Assembly (NCBI GenBank): GCA_016276965.1
Contig: JADNRU010000001.1
Coordinates: 14,499-78,498, forward strand
Direction of reading: 5' to 3'
Source: Nitrosopumilales archaeon
GTDB lineage: Archaea > Thermoproteota > Nitrososphaeria > Nitrososphaerales > Nitrosopumilaceae
Length of the DNA: 64,000 nt
Below are positions 54,900-64,000 of the stretch, one piece after another. The notes beneath the pieces are model-generated. The model was given only the letters and a program-made list of their open reading frames with translations, was not told where the DNA came from and did not search any database. The first letter of the stretch is position 1. Each line of letters begins with the position of its first letter. The position numbers were made by a program, and so were the translations under genes.

Positions 54900-56156
54900 T
54901 TGGCTGATTCCTCAATTCCAAAATTCTTTGAAAAAAGTAGGGAAGAACGAATTGATATTGTAGGAAAATTTTCTGGACTGTCAAAAGAGGAAATAGAAAT
55001 TCTAAAGAATTCGGAAGGAGGAATTTCTTTTGATAAAGCAGACAAAATGGTAGAAAACGCAATTGGAACTTTTTCATTACCATTAGGAATTGCAACTAAC
55101 TTTCGAATAAACAATAAAGATTACTTGATTCCAATGGTTATTGAAGAACCTTCAGTAATTGCAGCTGCCTCAAAAGCTGCAAAGATTGCCAGAATTCATG
55201 GAGGATTTAATGTTCAAGCTGACGAGTCATACAGTATTGGACAAATTCAAGTTGTAAACGTTGATGTAAAGCGAGCCACTGAAAAAATAATGAAATCTTC
55301 TAAAGAAATTTTAGAGATTGCAAATACAAAAAGTAAAACCCTGTCAAGTATGGGAAAAGGAGCAAAAGAAGTTACTTGTAGAGAGGTTAAAACCGATTCG
55401 GGGTCTATGCTAATTGTTGAGATTTTAATTGATGTTGGCGATGCAATGGGTGCAAATGTTACAAACACAATGTGTGAAGCACTTGCACCTATGATTGAGA
55501 AATTAACAGAAGGAAATGTAATTCTTAGAATACTGTCTAATTATTCAACAAGAAGAATGGTAAAGGCTTCGGCTGTTTTTGATAAAGAAGCAATTGGAGG
55601 TATGAAAGTAGTAGATAATATTATTTTATCATATCAATTTGCTGCTAATGATCCACACCGTGCTGTAACTCACAACAAAGGAATAATGAATGGAATCGTA
55701 GCAGTAGCTAACGCAACAGGTCAAGATATTCGTGCTATAGAAGCAGCTGCAAATGCATATGCTGCACATGAAGGAAAGTACAGTTCTTTAACTAAATGGA
55801 CAAAAGATGAACTAGGAAATTTAGTAGGTAAAATTGAACTACCAATGTCTGTAGGAATTGTAGGAGGTATCATTAACGTTCATCCAATGGCAAAAATATG
55901 TACAAAAATTTTAGGAGTAAGTTCTGCAAAAGAACTCGCTGGAGTGATAGCAGCAACTGGGCTTGCCCAAAACTTTAGTGCGTTGAGGGCTCTTGCTACA
56001 GAAGGAATTCAAAAAGGACACATGAAACTTCATGCAAGAAATATCGCATCTGCGGCAGGAGCGAATCAAGAACAAATAGATAAAATTGTACAGAAAATGG
56101 TTAAGGAAAATAATATCTCACTCAACAGAGCAAAAGAGTTACTCGACCAAATTTAA
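54900..56156 (+). CDS. hmgA: 3-hydroxy-3-methylglutaryl-CoA reductase (soluble; class II-like motifs)
   Basis: TTG start. IEEPSVIAAASKAAK, DVGDAMGANVTN and HNKGIMNG, with a C-terminal GHMKLHARN flap. Confidence 0.9.
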   Translation: MADSSIPKFFEKSREERIDIVGKFSGLSKEEIEILKNSEGGISFDKADKMVENAIGTFSLPLGIATNFRINNKDYLIPMVIEEPSVIAAASKAAKIARIHGGFNVQADESYSIGQIQVVNVDVKRATEKIMKSSKEILEIANTKSKTLSSMGKGAKEVTCREVKTDSGSMLIVEILIDVGDAMGANVTNTMCEALAPMIEKLTEGNVILRILSNYSTRRMVKASAVFDKEAIGGMKVVDNIILSYQFAANDPHRAVTHNKGIMNGIVAVANATGQDIRAIEAAANAYAAHEGKYSSLTKWTKDELGNLVGKIELPMSVGIVGGIINVHPMAKICTKILGVSSAKELAGVIAATGLAQNFSALRALATEGIQKGHMKLHARNIASAAGANQEQIDKIVQKMVKENNISLNRAKELLDQI

Positions 56157-56193
56157 ACACCAAATTATATAGCTGAATGCTGAGAAGATAGGA

Positions 56194-57171
56194 ATGCCTC
56201 AAATTAAATTTGCAATACCAAAAGGAAGTTTAGAAGAAGCAACGTTCAAGATTCTTGAAAAATCGTGGACAAAAGTTACTCGTATGAGTCGTACTTACAG
56301 AGTATTACTAGACGATCCACAAATTAAAGTCAAAATGGTTCGTCCTCAAGAAATTCCTAATTTAGTTTATGAAGGTCTTTATGATGTTGGAATTACTGGT
56401 AATGATTGGGTTGATGAAACCAAAGCCAAAGTAGAATCTATATTAGATCTAGAGTATGGTAGGATTAAACTTGTTTTTGCAATACCTGAAAACTTTCATT
56501 TTAAGAATCTTGATTCTATGATTACTGCATATGCAAAAAAGAAAAAAATACTTAGAATCTCTTCAGAGTATCTTACAACAGCTTCAAAATATATCAAACA
56601 GTGTAAATCTTACAAAAAATTCTATGGTACAAAAGATCCTATGATAGTAACTCCATGGTTAAGACTGGGGAAGAACAAAAATATTCAAATCCACCTTTCT
56701 TTTGGTGCAACTGAAGCAAAACCTCCTGAAGACGTTGATGCAATAATGGACGTAACAGAAACTGGAACCACTCTAAAACAAAATCAATTAAAGTTAATCG
56801 ATCAAGTTTTAGAATCTACTGCTCACTTGATAGCCAACAAAAAATCACTAAATGATAAAGCAAAAAGAGAAAAAATTTTTGATATTGTTACCTTGTTACG
56901 AGGAGCTGTACTCGGTAAAAAGCACTTACACATTTACGTCAACGTAAGAGAGAAAAATCTAAAAAAACTACTAAAGGAAATTCCATCACTAAAAAGACCC
57001 ACAGTAAGCCCACTTAGCGAAAAAGGATGGTATGGAGTAAACACCATAATTCTAAAATCCGAATTTTACAAAGTAGTTCCAAAATTACGAAAAATTGCAC
57101 AAGGATTAGTAGTTCATGAACCAAGGCAAATTTTGCCTCTAGAGGAGATAAAACGTGACGAGGAAAATTGA
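56194..57171 (+). CDS. hisG: ATP phosphoribosyltransferase (long form with C-terminal regulatory domain)
   Basis: IKFAIPKGSLEE, VRPQEIPNLV, DVGITGNDW and DVTETGTTL motifs. Confidence 0.9.
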   Translation: MPQIKFAIPKGSLEEATFKILEKSWTKVTRMSRTYRVLLDDPQIKVKMVRPQEIPNLVYEGLYDVGITGNDWVDETKAKVESILDLEYGRIKLVFAIPENFHFKNLDSMITAYAKKKKILRISSEYLTTASKYIKQCKSYKKFYGTKDPMIVTPWLRLGKNKNIQIHLSFGATEAKPPEDVDAIMDVTETGTTLKQNQLKLIDQVLESTAHLIANKKSLNDKAKREKIFDIVTLLRGAVLGKKHLHIYVNVREKNLKKLLKEIPSLKRPTVSPLSEKGWYGVNTIILKSEFYKVVPKLRKIAQGLVVHEPRQILPLEEIKRDEEN

Positions 57172-58439
57172 TGAAAATCATCTCGGTTCGCAATATCGAT
57201 AAATTTGCAGAATCAGTTCGCCCTAAACCTTCTAAACAAAACAAGAAAATTGTAGAATCTATCCTTTTTTCGGTAAAAAAAAGGGGAGATTATGCTTTAA
57301 AACTATATGAAAAAAGGTTCAGCGGTGCAAAACTGAATTCTTTACTAGTCTCAACTAAAGAAATTAAACAAGCCTACTCCAAAACAAGTAAGGAACAATT
57401 AGCAGCAATCAAATTAGCAAAAAAAAGATTATCAAAAACTGAAACTGCAATAAAAAATCAACTAAACCAAGTCATAATCAAAACCGATGGAATAAAAATA
57501 AAAAAAACATTTTCACCGCTTTCGAGTGTTGGATGTTATGTGCCAGGTGGGTTAGCACGTTATCCAACAACTCTTGTAATGTCTGTCGTTCCAGCAAAGG
57601 TTGCTGGGGTAAATAGAATAGTAGTTGTCTCACCACCAAACAAACAAGGTATGATTGATCCGTTAACCCTTGTAGCTGCTGATATATGTGGCGTTGATGA
57701 AATTTACAAAACTGGTGGTGCACAAGCAATTGCTGCATTATCATTTGGAACAAAATCAATTCCTAAAGTAGATAAAATTGTGGGCCCTGGAGGCCCATTT
57801 GTTACTACCGCAAAATCACTTGTAAGTGATATAACTTCTATTGATATGATTGCCGGCCCAACAGAATTGTGTATTATAGCAGATGAAACTACGAATCCAA
57901 ATTATGTTGTATACGATTTATTTTCTCAAGCTGAACACAGTAATGATACTTTTTGTTACGTGATAACAACGTCACCTAAATTTGCAATGAAATTAAATCA
58001 AACAATTAAAGATAAAATTTCAAAGGCTGAAAGAAAAAATATAATTCAACAAAGTCTTTCAAAAAATGGATTTATTGCATTGTGTAAAACAAAAAATGAT
58101 GTAATTAAATTGGTCAGCAAATTAGCACCAGAACACCTACAAATCATAACAAAAAATCCACAACAATTTGCATCAAAGATAAAAACAGCAGGTTTAGTAT
58201 TAATTGGAAAAAACACTCCTTCTGCCGCTAGTGATTACCTATTAGGTTCAAATCACATACTTCCAACAAACGGTTTTGGAAAAGTAAGAGGCTCACTTTC
58301 GGTTTTGGATTTTGTGAAATTAGGTACTGAAGTAGAATCTAGTAAAGTAGGATTAAGAAAAATAGCAAAATTCATGAAAGCACTCTCAGAAGCTGAAGGT
58401 CTCAAAAACCACTATGAATCAGTTAGGAGTAGATTATAA
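57168..58439 (+). CDS. hisD: Histidinol dehydrogenase
   Basis: YVPGGLARYPTT, GGAQAIAALSFGT, IAGPTELCIIAD, SQAEHS and PEHLQI motifs. Confidence 0.95.
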   Translation: MMKIISVRNIDKFAESVRPKPSKQNKKIVESILFSVKKRGDYALKLYEKRFSGAKLNSLLVSTKEIKQAYSKTSKEQLAAIKLAKKRLSKTETAIKNQLNQVIIKTDGIKIKKTFSPLSSVGCYVPGGLARYPTTLVMSVVPAKVAGVNRIVVVSPPNKQGMIDPLTLVAADICGVDEIYKTGGAQAIAALSFGTKSIPKVDKIVGPGGPFVTTAKSLVSDITSIDMIAGPTELCIIADETTNPNYVVYDLFSQAEHSNDTFCYVITTSPKFAMKLNQTIKDKISKAERKNIIQQSLSKNGFIALCKTKNDVIKLVSKLAPEHLQIITKNPQQFASKIKTAGLVLIGKNTPSAASDYLLGSNHILPTNGFGKVRGSLSVLDFVKLGTEVESSKVGLRKIAKFMKALSEAEGLKNHYESVRSRL

Positions 58440-59509
58440 TGAAAAAAGATTGGTTTCAAAAAAAAGTAAAACAATTTTCTATCCTTAAAGGATATCAAAA
58501 ACCAGAAAAACATTCTGACACTCTAAAACTTGATTCTAATGAAAACTTTGTAATAAGCAAACAATTTCAGCGTGACCTGATTGATAGTGCACAAAAGATA
58601 TCAGATGTACGTGAATACCCACTTGGTAGAGCAGAAAAACTAATTGAAGCTCTATCAAAGTATCTTAGCATTCCAAGCTCTATGATTGGAATAGGAAACG
58701 GTTCAGATCAAGTCCTAGATTTAATTCTGGCAAACTTTTGTTCTAAAAAAACACGTGTATTAACTTCTGAACCCACGTTTGGATTTTTTGAGGAACGATG
58801 TAAACTCTACTCCATTCCAACAATTAAAGTTCCTTTTTCCAAAAACATGACTCTAGATTTAGATACATTTCTAAAAAAATCCAAAAATGCAGATTTACTA
58901 TATTTAGATTCTCCAAACAATCCTACAGGATTTCAATTCCCAAAAAATGATTTACAAAAACTAATCAGAAATTTTGATGGACCAGTAATAATTGATGAAG
59001 CATATGGGGAATTTGGTGATTATTCTCTAGTAAGCATGATAAAAAAACAAGATAATCTAATCGTTTCAAAAACATTTTCAAAAGATTTTGGACTTGCTGG
59101 ACTGAGATTAGGTTATTTTGTTGGAAACAAGAACATAGTTGATGTTTTTTCAAGAATAATTCAATATCCATATCCATTAAATTCTATTGCTATTGAAGTT
59201 GGAATCTTAGCACTGCAAAAAAGAAAACTAATTTCTGAAATAGCTAATCAAATAAAACAAGAACGGAAAAGAATAATTGAAAATTTAAGAAAGACTAGTG
59301 CCTTTGAAGTCTTTGATTCTAAGGCCAACTTCGTTTTATTTGATGCAAAAGGTGCTGATAGACGCATCTATACTGCTCTTGTGGAACAGGGAATTTCAAT
59401 AAGAAAATTAGGACAAATAGGAAAGCACAAAGGTTGTTTGAGAGTAACAGTTGGTACCAAAGAAATGAATTCAAAATTTTTACTCGCAATACGTGATCTT
59501 CTAAGATGA
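58439..59509 (+). CDS. hisC: Histidinol-phosphate aminotransferase
   Basis: LDSNENF, SPNNPTG, IDEAY and TFSKDFGLAGLRLGY motifs. Confidence 0.9.
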   Translation: MKKDWFQKKVKQFSILKGYQKPEKHSDTLKLDSNENFVISKQFQRDLIDSAQKISDVREYPLGRAEKLIEALSKYLSIPSSMIGIGNGSDQVLDLILANFCSKKTRVLTSEPTFGFFEERCKLYSIPTIKVPFSKNMTLDLDTFLKKSKNADLLYLDSPNNPTGFQFPKNDLQKLIRNFDGPVIIDEAYGEFGDYSLVSMIKKQDNLIVSKTFSKDFGLAGLRLGYFVGNKNIVDVFSRIIQYPYPLNSIAIEVGILALQKRKLISEIANQIKQERKRIIENLRKTSAFEVFDSKANFVLFDAKGADRRIYTALVEQGISIRKLGQIGKHKGCLRVTVGTKEMNSKFLLAIRDLLR

Positions 59510-60483
59510 CAACACTCGAAATTGAAGAAGGTATCTATGTAAATGATACCCTAACTGAGACAACAAAAGATATTGATTCAGTAATCTTTGATTGTGATGG
59601 TGTATTAATTGATGTCAGTAATTCGTATGATGTAACAATTCAAAGAACTACAGAGTATATTTTAAAAGAAATTGCCAGTCTTGAAAAATTTGATCCTGTC
59701 ACATCAAAAATGATTGATGGTTTCAAGGCAACCGGAGGTTTTAACGACGAAGTTGATCTTACTTATGCTGCAATCTTGTCCTTGGTAGCAGCAGATTTGT
59801 TAAAAAAGCGTGGCAATGAATTTGTTTTTGAAGTTATAGAAAATGCAGACAAGAGTGGAATAATATCTGTTGAGAAATTCTTGGGAAGCTTGAATGTTGA
59901 TATATCGAAAATTAAAAAAATATTAAATTATCCTGGACGTCATTCTGAAAATATTCTTTATTCTACATTTGATCAAATGTTTTATGGACCTGAACTGTAC
60001 CAAAAATTGTTTAAAAAGAAATCTAATTTTACTGATGAAGGATTAATTGATAATGATATAGTTCTTGTAAAACAAGACATGCTTGAAAAACTGAAAAAAA
60101 AATTTGATAACAAAGTTGCCATAGTTACTGGAAGAGGTAAAGACTCTATCAGTTATTCTATGAAAGAATTATTGGAACAATTTGATTTGAAACACTCTGT
60201 TTTTTTAGAAGATGAGTCAAGAGAACTAGCCAAACCAAATCCTAGCTCATTAATAAGATCAATTAAAGGAATGAACTCATCACACTGTTTGTATGTCGGT
60301 GATTCAATGGAAGACTTTATCATGGCAGAAGAAGCAACTATGAAGGGTCATAAGACTACTTTTTGTGGTATATTTGGAACAAGCAAATTCCCTGAACAAA
60401 AAATAAAATTATTTGAAGAAAATAATGTAACCATATTTCTTAAATCCATCAATTTACTTCCGAAGGCATTAAATCTGGTTTAG
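59506..60483 (+). CDS. HAD-superfamily hydrolase with a large cap insertion, embedded in the his operon (candidate histidinol-phosphatase)
   Basis: All four HAD motifs are present: VIFDCDGVLID (I), VAIVTGRG (II), LAKPNPSS (III Lys) and YVGDSMEDF (IV). Its start overlaps the hisC stop. Confidence 0.75.
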   Translation: MTTLEIEEGIYVNDTLTETTKDIDSVIFDCDGVLIDVSNSYDVTIQRTTEYILKEIASLEKFDPVTSKMIDGFKATGGFNDEVDLTYAAILSLVAADLLKKRGNEFVFEVIENADKSGIISVEKFLGSLNVDISKIKKILNYPGRHSENILYSTFDQMFYGPELYQKLFKKKSNFTDEGLIDNDIVLVKQDMLEKLKKKFDNKVAIVTGRGKDSISYSMKELLEQFDLKHSVFLEDESRELAKPNPSSLIRSIKGMNSSHCLYVGDSMEDFIMAEEATMKGHKTTFCGIFGTSKFPEQKIKLFEENNVTIFLKSINLLPKALNLV

Positions 60484-60509
60484 AGGTAATCTGACACTCT
60501 GGGATTAAA

Positions 60510-61097
60510 ATGAAATCTAGAACAAGCAAAATAAAACGTTCAACAAAGGAAACTGATGTAACAGTTAGTGTTAATCTTGATGGTACAGGAAAAACTTCAA
60601 TAAACACAGGAATAAGTTTTCTTGATCACTTGATTACTGCATTTGGGAAGCATGCCATGCTTGATCTTCAAGTAAAATCAAAATCAAATGACAAAATCGA
60701 ACACCACTTAATTGAAGACACAGCAATTACAATTGGTTCAGCAATTGATAAAGCACTTGGAAACCGTTCAGGCATTACTAGATTTAGCTATGCATCAGTG
60801 CCTATGGATGAATCTCTAGCTGAGGCATCAATTGATATGGTAAAGCGTCCTTTTTCGAAAATCAACCTTTCTGTGAAAAGAAATAACATTGAAGGAATGT
60901 CCAAAGAAGATATTGAACACTTTTTTCAATCTCTCGTACAGAACCTAAACAGTTGTATCCACTTGACAGTAAAGTATGGAGAAAATGATCATCACAAAAT
61001 CGAAGCTGCAATGAAATCATTAGCAGTAGCCTTTAGAATAGCCTCGTCTAAAGACAAAAAGCAAAAAGGAATTCCAAGCACCAAAGGCGCAATGTAA
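60510..61097 (+). CDS. hisB: Imidazoleglycerol-phosphate dehydratase
   Basis: [31 protein letters not shown] and [14 protein letters not shown] motifs. Confidence 0.95.
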   Translation: MKSRTSKIKRSTKETDVTVSVNLDGTGKTSINTGISFLDHLITAFGKHAMLDLQVKSKSNDKIEHHLIEDTAITIGSAIDKALGNRSGITRFSYASVPMDESLAEASIDMVKRPFSKINLSVKRNNIEGMSKEDIEHFFQSLVQNLNSCIHLTVKYGENDHHKIEAAMKSLAVAFRIASSKDKKQKGIPSTKGAM

Positions 61098-61705
61098 TGG
61101 TTAAAGTAGCAATATTTGATTATGGAGCAGGAAATATCTTTAGCTTAAAAACCTCCTTAGAAAAAAATGACGCAGAAGTAGATGTTATAACAAGTTTTGA
61201 CAAGGCAAACAACTATTCGGGACTTTTGCTGCCTGGTGTTGGAAACTTTGATCCTGCAATTAAAAGTATTCGAGATTATTCGAAAACCGACTTTGCTGAT
61301 TATGTTTCTGATAAAAAGCCTGTTCTTGGAATTTGTCTAGGAATGGAGATGTTTTTTGAAAAAAGTGAAGAAGGAAAGGAGAAAGGTTTAGGAGTAATTG
61401 ATGGAGAAGTTGTATTACTTCCACATGAAATGAAAATTCCACATATGGGTTGGAATAATCTTAACATAAAAAAACAAAGTAAAATTGTTGAAGGCGTAAA
61501 AGATGGTTCATGGGTTTATTTTGTACATTCCTACAGAGTAAAGCCAAAAAATACTGATCTAATCGTTGCAGACTCTGACTATGGAATAACCGTCCCAGCA
61601 ATCATTGAATACGGGAATTTCTTTGGAACGCAATTTCATCCAGAGAAATCAGGAAAAATTGGCTCCATTATGATCCGAAACTTTTTGAGAGAGTGCAAAA
61701 AGTGA
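61097..61705 (+). CDS. hisH: Imidazole glycerol phosphate synthase, glutamine amidotransferase subunit
   Basis: VAIFDYGAGNI, LPGVGNF, GICLGMEM (catalytic Cys), PHMGWN and QFHPEKS. Confidence 0.95.
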   Translation: MVKVAIFDYGAGNIFSLKTSLEKNDAEVDVITSFDKANNYSGLLLPGVGNFDPAIKSIRDYSKTDFADYVSDKKPVLGICLGMEMFFEKSEEGKEKGLGVIDGEVVLLPHEMKIPHMGWNNLNIKKQSKIVEGVKDGSWVYFVHSYRVKPKNTDLIVADSDYGITVPAIIEYGNFFGTQFHPEKSGKIGSIMIRNFLRECKK

Positions 61706-62409
61706 AAATAATTCCTGCAATCGACCTCATGGATGGTAAGGTCGTGAGACTATTCAAAGGAGACCCAAAAAAACAAACTGTTTACAGCGACAAACCATTG
61801 GAAATTGCAAAAAAATGGGAAGATGCTGGAGCGGACATGATTCATTTAGTAGATCTTGATGCAACATTAGGTATAGGTTCTAACTTAGAAATCATAGAAA
61901 GTATTGCTAACGAAATATCTATTCCAATTCAAGTTGCAGGTGGCTTGAGAGACGAATCAAAAATTGTTAAAGTTTTGGGTTTTGCATCAAGAATTGTATT
62001 AGGTACAATAGCGTTTGAAGACAAAGAAATTTTGAAAAGAATTTTATCAAAATTTGGTAAAGAACGAATAGTAATTTCAGTTGATCACATTGATGGAATC
62101 ATTGTTGTTGAAGGATGGCAGAAAAAAACTGGAATTAACTTAGTTAAAGGAATAAACGATTTTGTAGAAATGGGTTTTTCTGATTTTCTTTTAACCAACG
62201 TTAGTAGGGATGGTACATTGCAAGGCCCTGACTTGGAATTTTTAGAAACTGCCTGTAGAATAAAAAATACTAACATAATTGCAAGTGGTGGAATTTCAAA
62301 TATTGATGATATTAAAAGAGTCAAAGAAAGTAAAGCTGATGGTGTTATTCTAGGAAAAGCACTATATGAAAATTTGATTTCTATTGAGGAGGCAAAAAAA
62401 ATAACATGA
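61693..62409 (+). CDS. hisA: ProFAR isomerase (1-(5-phosphoribosyl)-5-[(5-phosphoribosylamino)methylideneamino]imidazole-4-carboxamide isomerase)
   Basis: IIPAIDLMDGKVVRL, HLVDLD, VGGGLR, RDGTLQGP and ASGGIS motifs. Confidence 0.95.
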   Translation: MQKVKIIPAIDLMDGKVVRLFKGDPKKQTVYSDKPLEIAKKWEDAGADMIHLVDLDATLGIGSNLEIIESIANEISIPIQVAGGLRDESKIVKVLGFASRIVLGTIAFEDKEILKRILSKFGKERIVISVDHIDGIIVVEGWQKKTGINLVKGINDFVEMGFSDFLLTNVSRDGTLQGPDLEFLETACRIKNTNIIASGGISNIDDIKRVKESKADGVILGKALYENLISIEEAKKIT

Positions 62410-63209
62410 CTTTAACAAAAAGAATTATTCCTTGTTTAGACGTAGCAAATGGAAGAGTTGTAAAAGGATTACATTTTTCTTCAATAAAGGATGCAGGAGA
62501 CCCTGTATTGCTTGCCGAAAAATATAGTAAGGAAGGAGCAGATGAACTCATCTTCCTTGACATAACTGCTTCACAAGAACATCGAGAAACAATCAAAACA
62601 TTAGTATCAAAAGTAGCAAAAGTAATTGATATTCCATTTACAGTAGGTGGAGGAGTAAAAACACTTCAACACGCCCGAGATATTTTACTTAGTGGAGCTG
62701 ATAAAGTAGCAATCAATACAGGTGCTGTAAAAAATCCTGAAGTCATTACAGAATTGATGGAACTTTTTGGTAAACAGTGTGTGGTAGTTGCCATTGATGC
62801 AAAAAGAAATTATAACTTGGAAAAAGGAAAAAATACCTACTCTGAAGGGGATAAGAAATTCTGGTTTGAAGTATTCATTTATGGTGGAAAAAAAGGAACT
62901 GGATTAGATGCTGTAGATTGGGCAAAAAACGTTGAAAAACTTGGAGCAGGAGAAATTTTACTTACTAGTATTGATATGGATGGAACAAAAGATGGATATG
63001 ATACATTGCTAACAAAAGAAATTGTAAACAAAGTCTCAATTCCAGTGATAGCATCTGGAGGTTGTGGAAAACCTGAGCATATGGTGGATATATTCAAAAT
63101 GTCAGATGTAGATGCAGCACTAGCAGCATCAATATTTCACTATGAAACCCACTCTGTAAATAGAGTTAAAGAATTTCTTAAAAAAGGAGGAATTCCCGTA
63201 AGATTATAA
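62406..63209 (+). CDS. hisF: Imidazole glycerol phosphate synthase, cyclase subunit
   Basis: RIIPCLDV..GRVVKG, DELIFLDITAS, VGGGV, DMDGTKDGYD and ASGGCG motifs. Confidence 0.95.
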   Translation: MTLTKRIIPCLDVANGRVVKGLHFSSIKDAGDPVLLAEKYSKEGADELIFLDITASQEHRETIKTLVSKVAKVIDIPFTVGGGVKTLQHARDILLSGADKVAINTGAVKNPEVITELMELFGKQCVVVAIDAKRNYNLEKGKNTYSEGDKKFWFEVFIYGGKKGTGLDAVDWAKNVEKLGAGEILLTSIDMDGTKDGYDTLLTKEIVNKVSIPVIASGGCGKPEHMVDIFKMSDVDAALAASIFHYETHSVNRVKEFLKKGGIPVRL

Positions 63210-63234
63210 ATAAATCTGGGAAACTAAAACATAC

Positions 63235-63561
63235 TTGGAAAAAAAAATAGATGACATTGATTTTTCAAAAGGCAATGGACTAGTTCCAGTTATAGTTCAA
63301 GATGTAAAATCTAAAGAAGTTTTAACACTAGCTTATACTAACAAAGAATCACTTGAGCTTACAAAAAAGACAGGAAACTCTTGGTTTTGGAGTAGATCTC
63401 GTAAAAAACTTTGGATGAAAGGAGAAGAATCTGGGAACATACAAAAGGTAAAAGAAATACTTGTTGATTGTGACTCTGATGCAATTATTTATCTAGTAGA
63501 ACCATCAGGTCCAGCTTGTCATACTGGAGAACGAGTTTGTTTTCATAATAAATTAAAATAA
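63235..63561 (+). CDS. hisI: Phosphoribosyl-AMP cyclohydrolase (monofunctional HisI)
   Basis: TTG start. LVPVIVQD, LAYTNKESLE, WSRSRKKLWMKGEESGN, VDCDSDA and CHTGERVCF motifs. Confidence 0.9.
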   Translation: MEKKIDDIDFSKGNGLVPVIVQDVKSKEVLTLAYTNKESLELTKKTGNSWFWSRSRKKLWMKGEESGNIQKVKEILVDCDSDAIIYLVEPSGPACHTGERVCFHNKLK

Positions 63562-63564
63562 TTA

Positions 63565-64000
63565 TTAACAAACTGGTTCATATTGAGCTTCTGAACCTGA
63601 TAAAATTTCATTAATAATTTCAAACGAGATGTTTTCATATGGTACTCCACGAAATACTATTACCCAAGTTCCGACAAGATCTTCGCTTGAACAAATACCA
63701 ACAAGACCTGCAATACCAGGCTTGAAATATTGGTTAAAATCAGTTTTTAATGATCCATCAAACGGAATAGCTTCATATACGATATAATGAGTTGCGTTTT
63801 TTGGTCGTAGAAAAGAAATTTGTCCTTTTTCATTGGGATCTACTCCAACAGCTCTAAAAAAAATACTTTCTCCCAACTTATACTGTGGTTTGTTTATCTG
63901 AAAAGGACCTGACACAATAACGGTTTCCGAAAAAATTGGCTTGGAAATTACTTCATTTTGTTCTAGTTCATTTTGATCTACATTATTTTGAACAACTTCC
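63565..64000 (-). CDS. Hypothetical protein, partial (the N-terminus lies beyond the window end)
   Basis: The reading frame stays open upstream of the track's GTG at 63915 to base 63999 (...EVVQNNVDQNELEQNEVISKPIFSETVIVSGPFQ...). No motif recognised. Confidence 0.5.
   Translation of the reverse strand, partial: EVVQNNVDQNELEQNEVISKPIFSETVIVSGPFQINKPQYKLGESIFFRAVGVDPNEKGQISFLRPKNATHYIVYEAIPFDGSLKTDFNQYFKPGIAGLVGICSSEDLVGTWVIVFRGVPYENISFEIINEILSGSEAQYEPVC

Overview
AT-rich archaeal chromosome segment. Archaeal identity is supported by the thermosome, TFE, aTrm56, TiaS, Dph2, Csl4, ribosomal proteins S27e/L44e, GTP cyclohydrolase III, CobY and MptE. By inference it looks like a marine ammonia-oxidising thaumarchaeon (Nitrosopumilus-like). 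No database search was possible, so every product call rests on motifs read from the translations.

Most of the window is densely packed core metabolism:
- proline catabolism (ProDH/P5CDH)
- a six-gene archaeal-type riboflavin operon
- late cobalamin genes (cobD-cobQ'-cbiB-cobS-cobY)
- purine and pterin genes (guaA, mptE, folP, guaB)
- HMG-CoA reductase
- a nine-gene his operon (hisGDC-HAD-hisBHAFI)
- one intron-containing tRNA-Met(CAU)

No CRISPR array, rRNA, transposase or integrase was seen.

The least ordinary stretch is about 24.6-31.4 kb. It holds small secreted, zinc-finger and membrane proteins, a Trp-rich repeat protein, a class III cyclase-like gene and an orphan receiver. Within it, a pair of ~110-nt homologous hairpin-containing elements, sharing a perfect 24-bp core, lie in inverted orientation and bracket a 2.7-kb cassette.

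Other points worth follow-up:
- an ATZ/TRZ-type amidohydrolase embedded in the riboflavin operon, a candidate for a missing archaeal pathway step
- a HAD hydrolase embedded in the his operon, a candidate histidinol-phosphatase
- a membrane-domain + C2H2 zinc finger + NDH-2 fusion
- a CobQ lacking its amidotransferase domain
- a UbiD gene whose conserved N-terminus has no canonical start codon
- a dispersed family of tiny zinc-ribbon proteins
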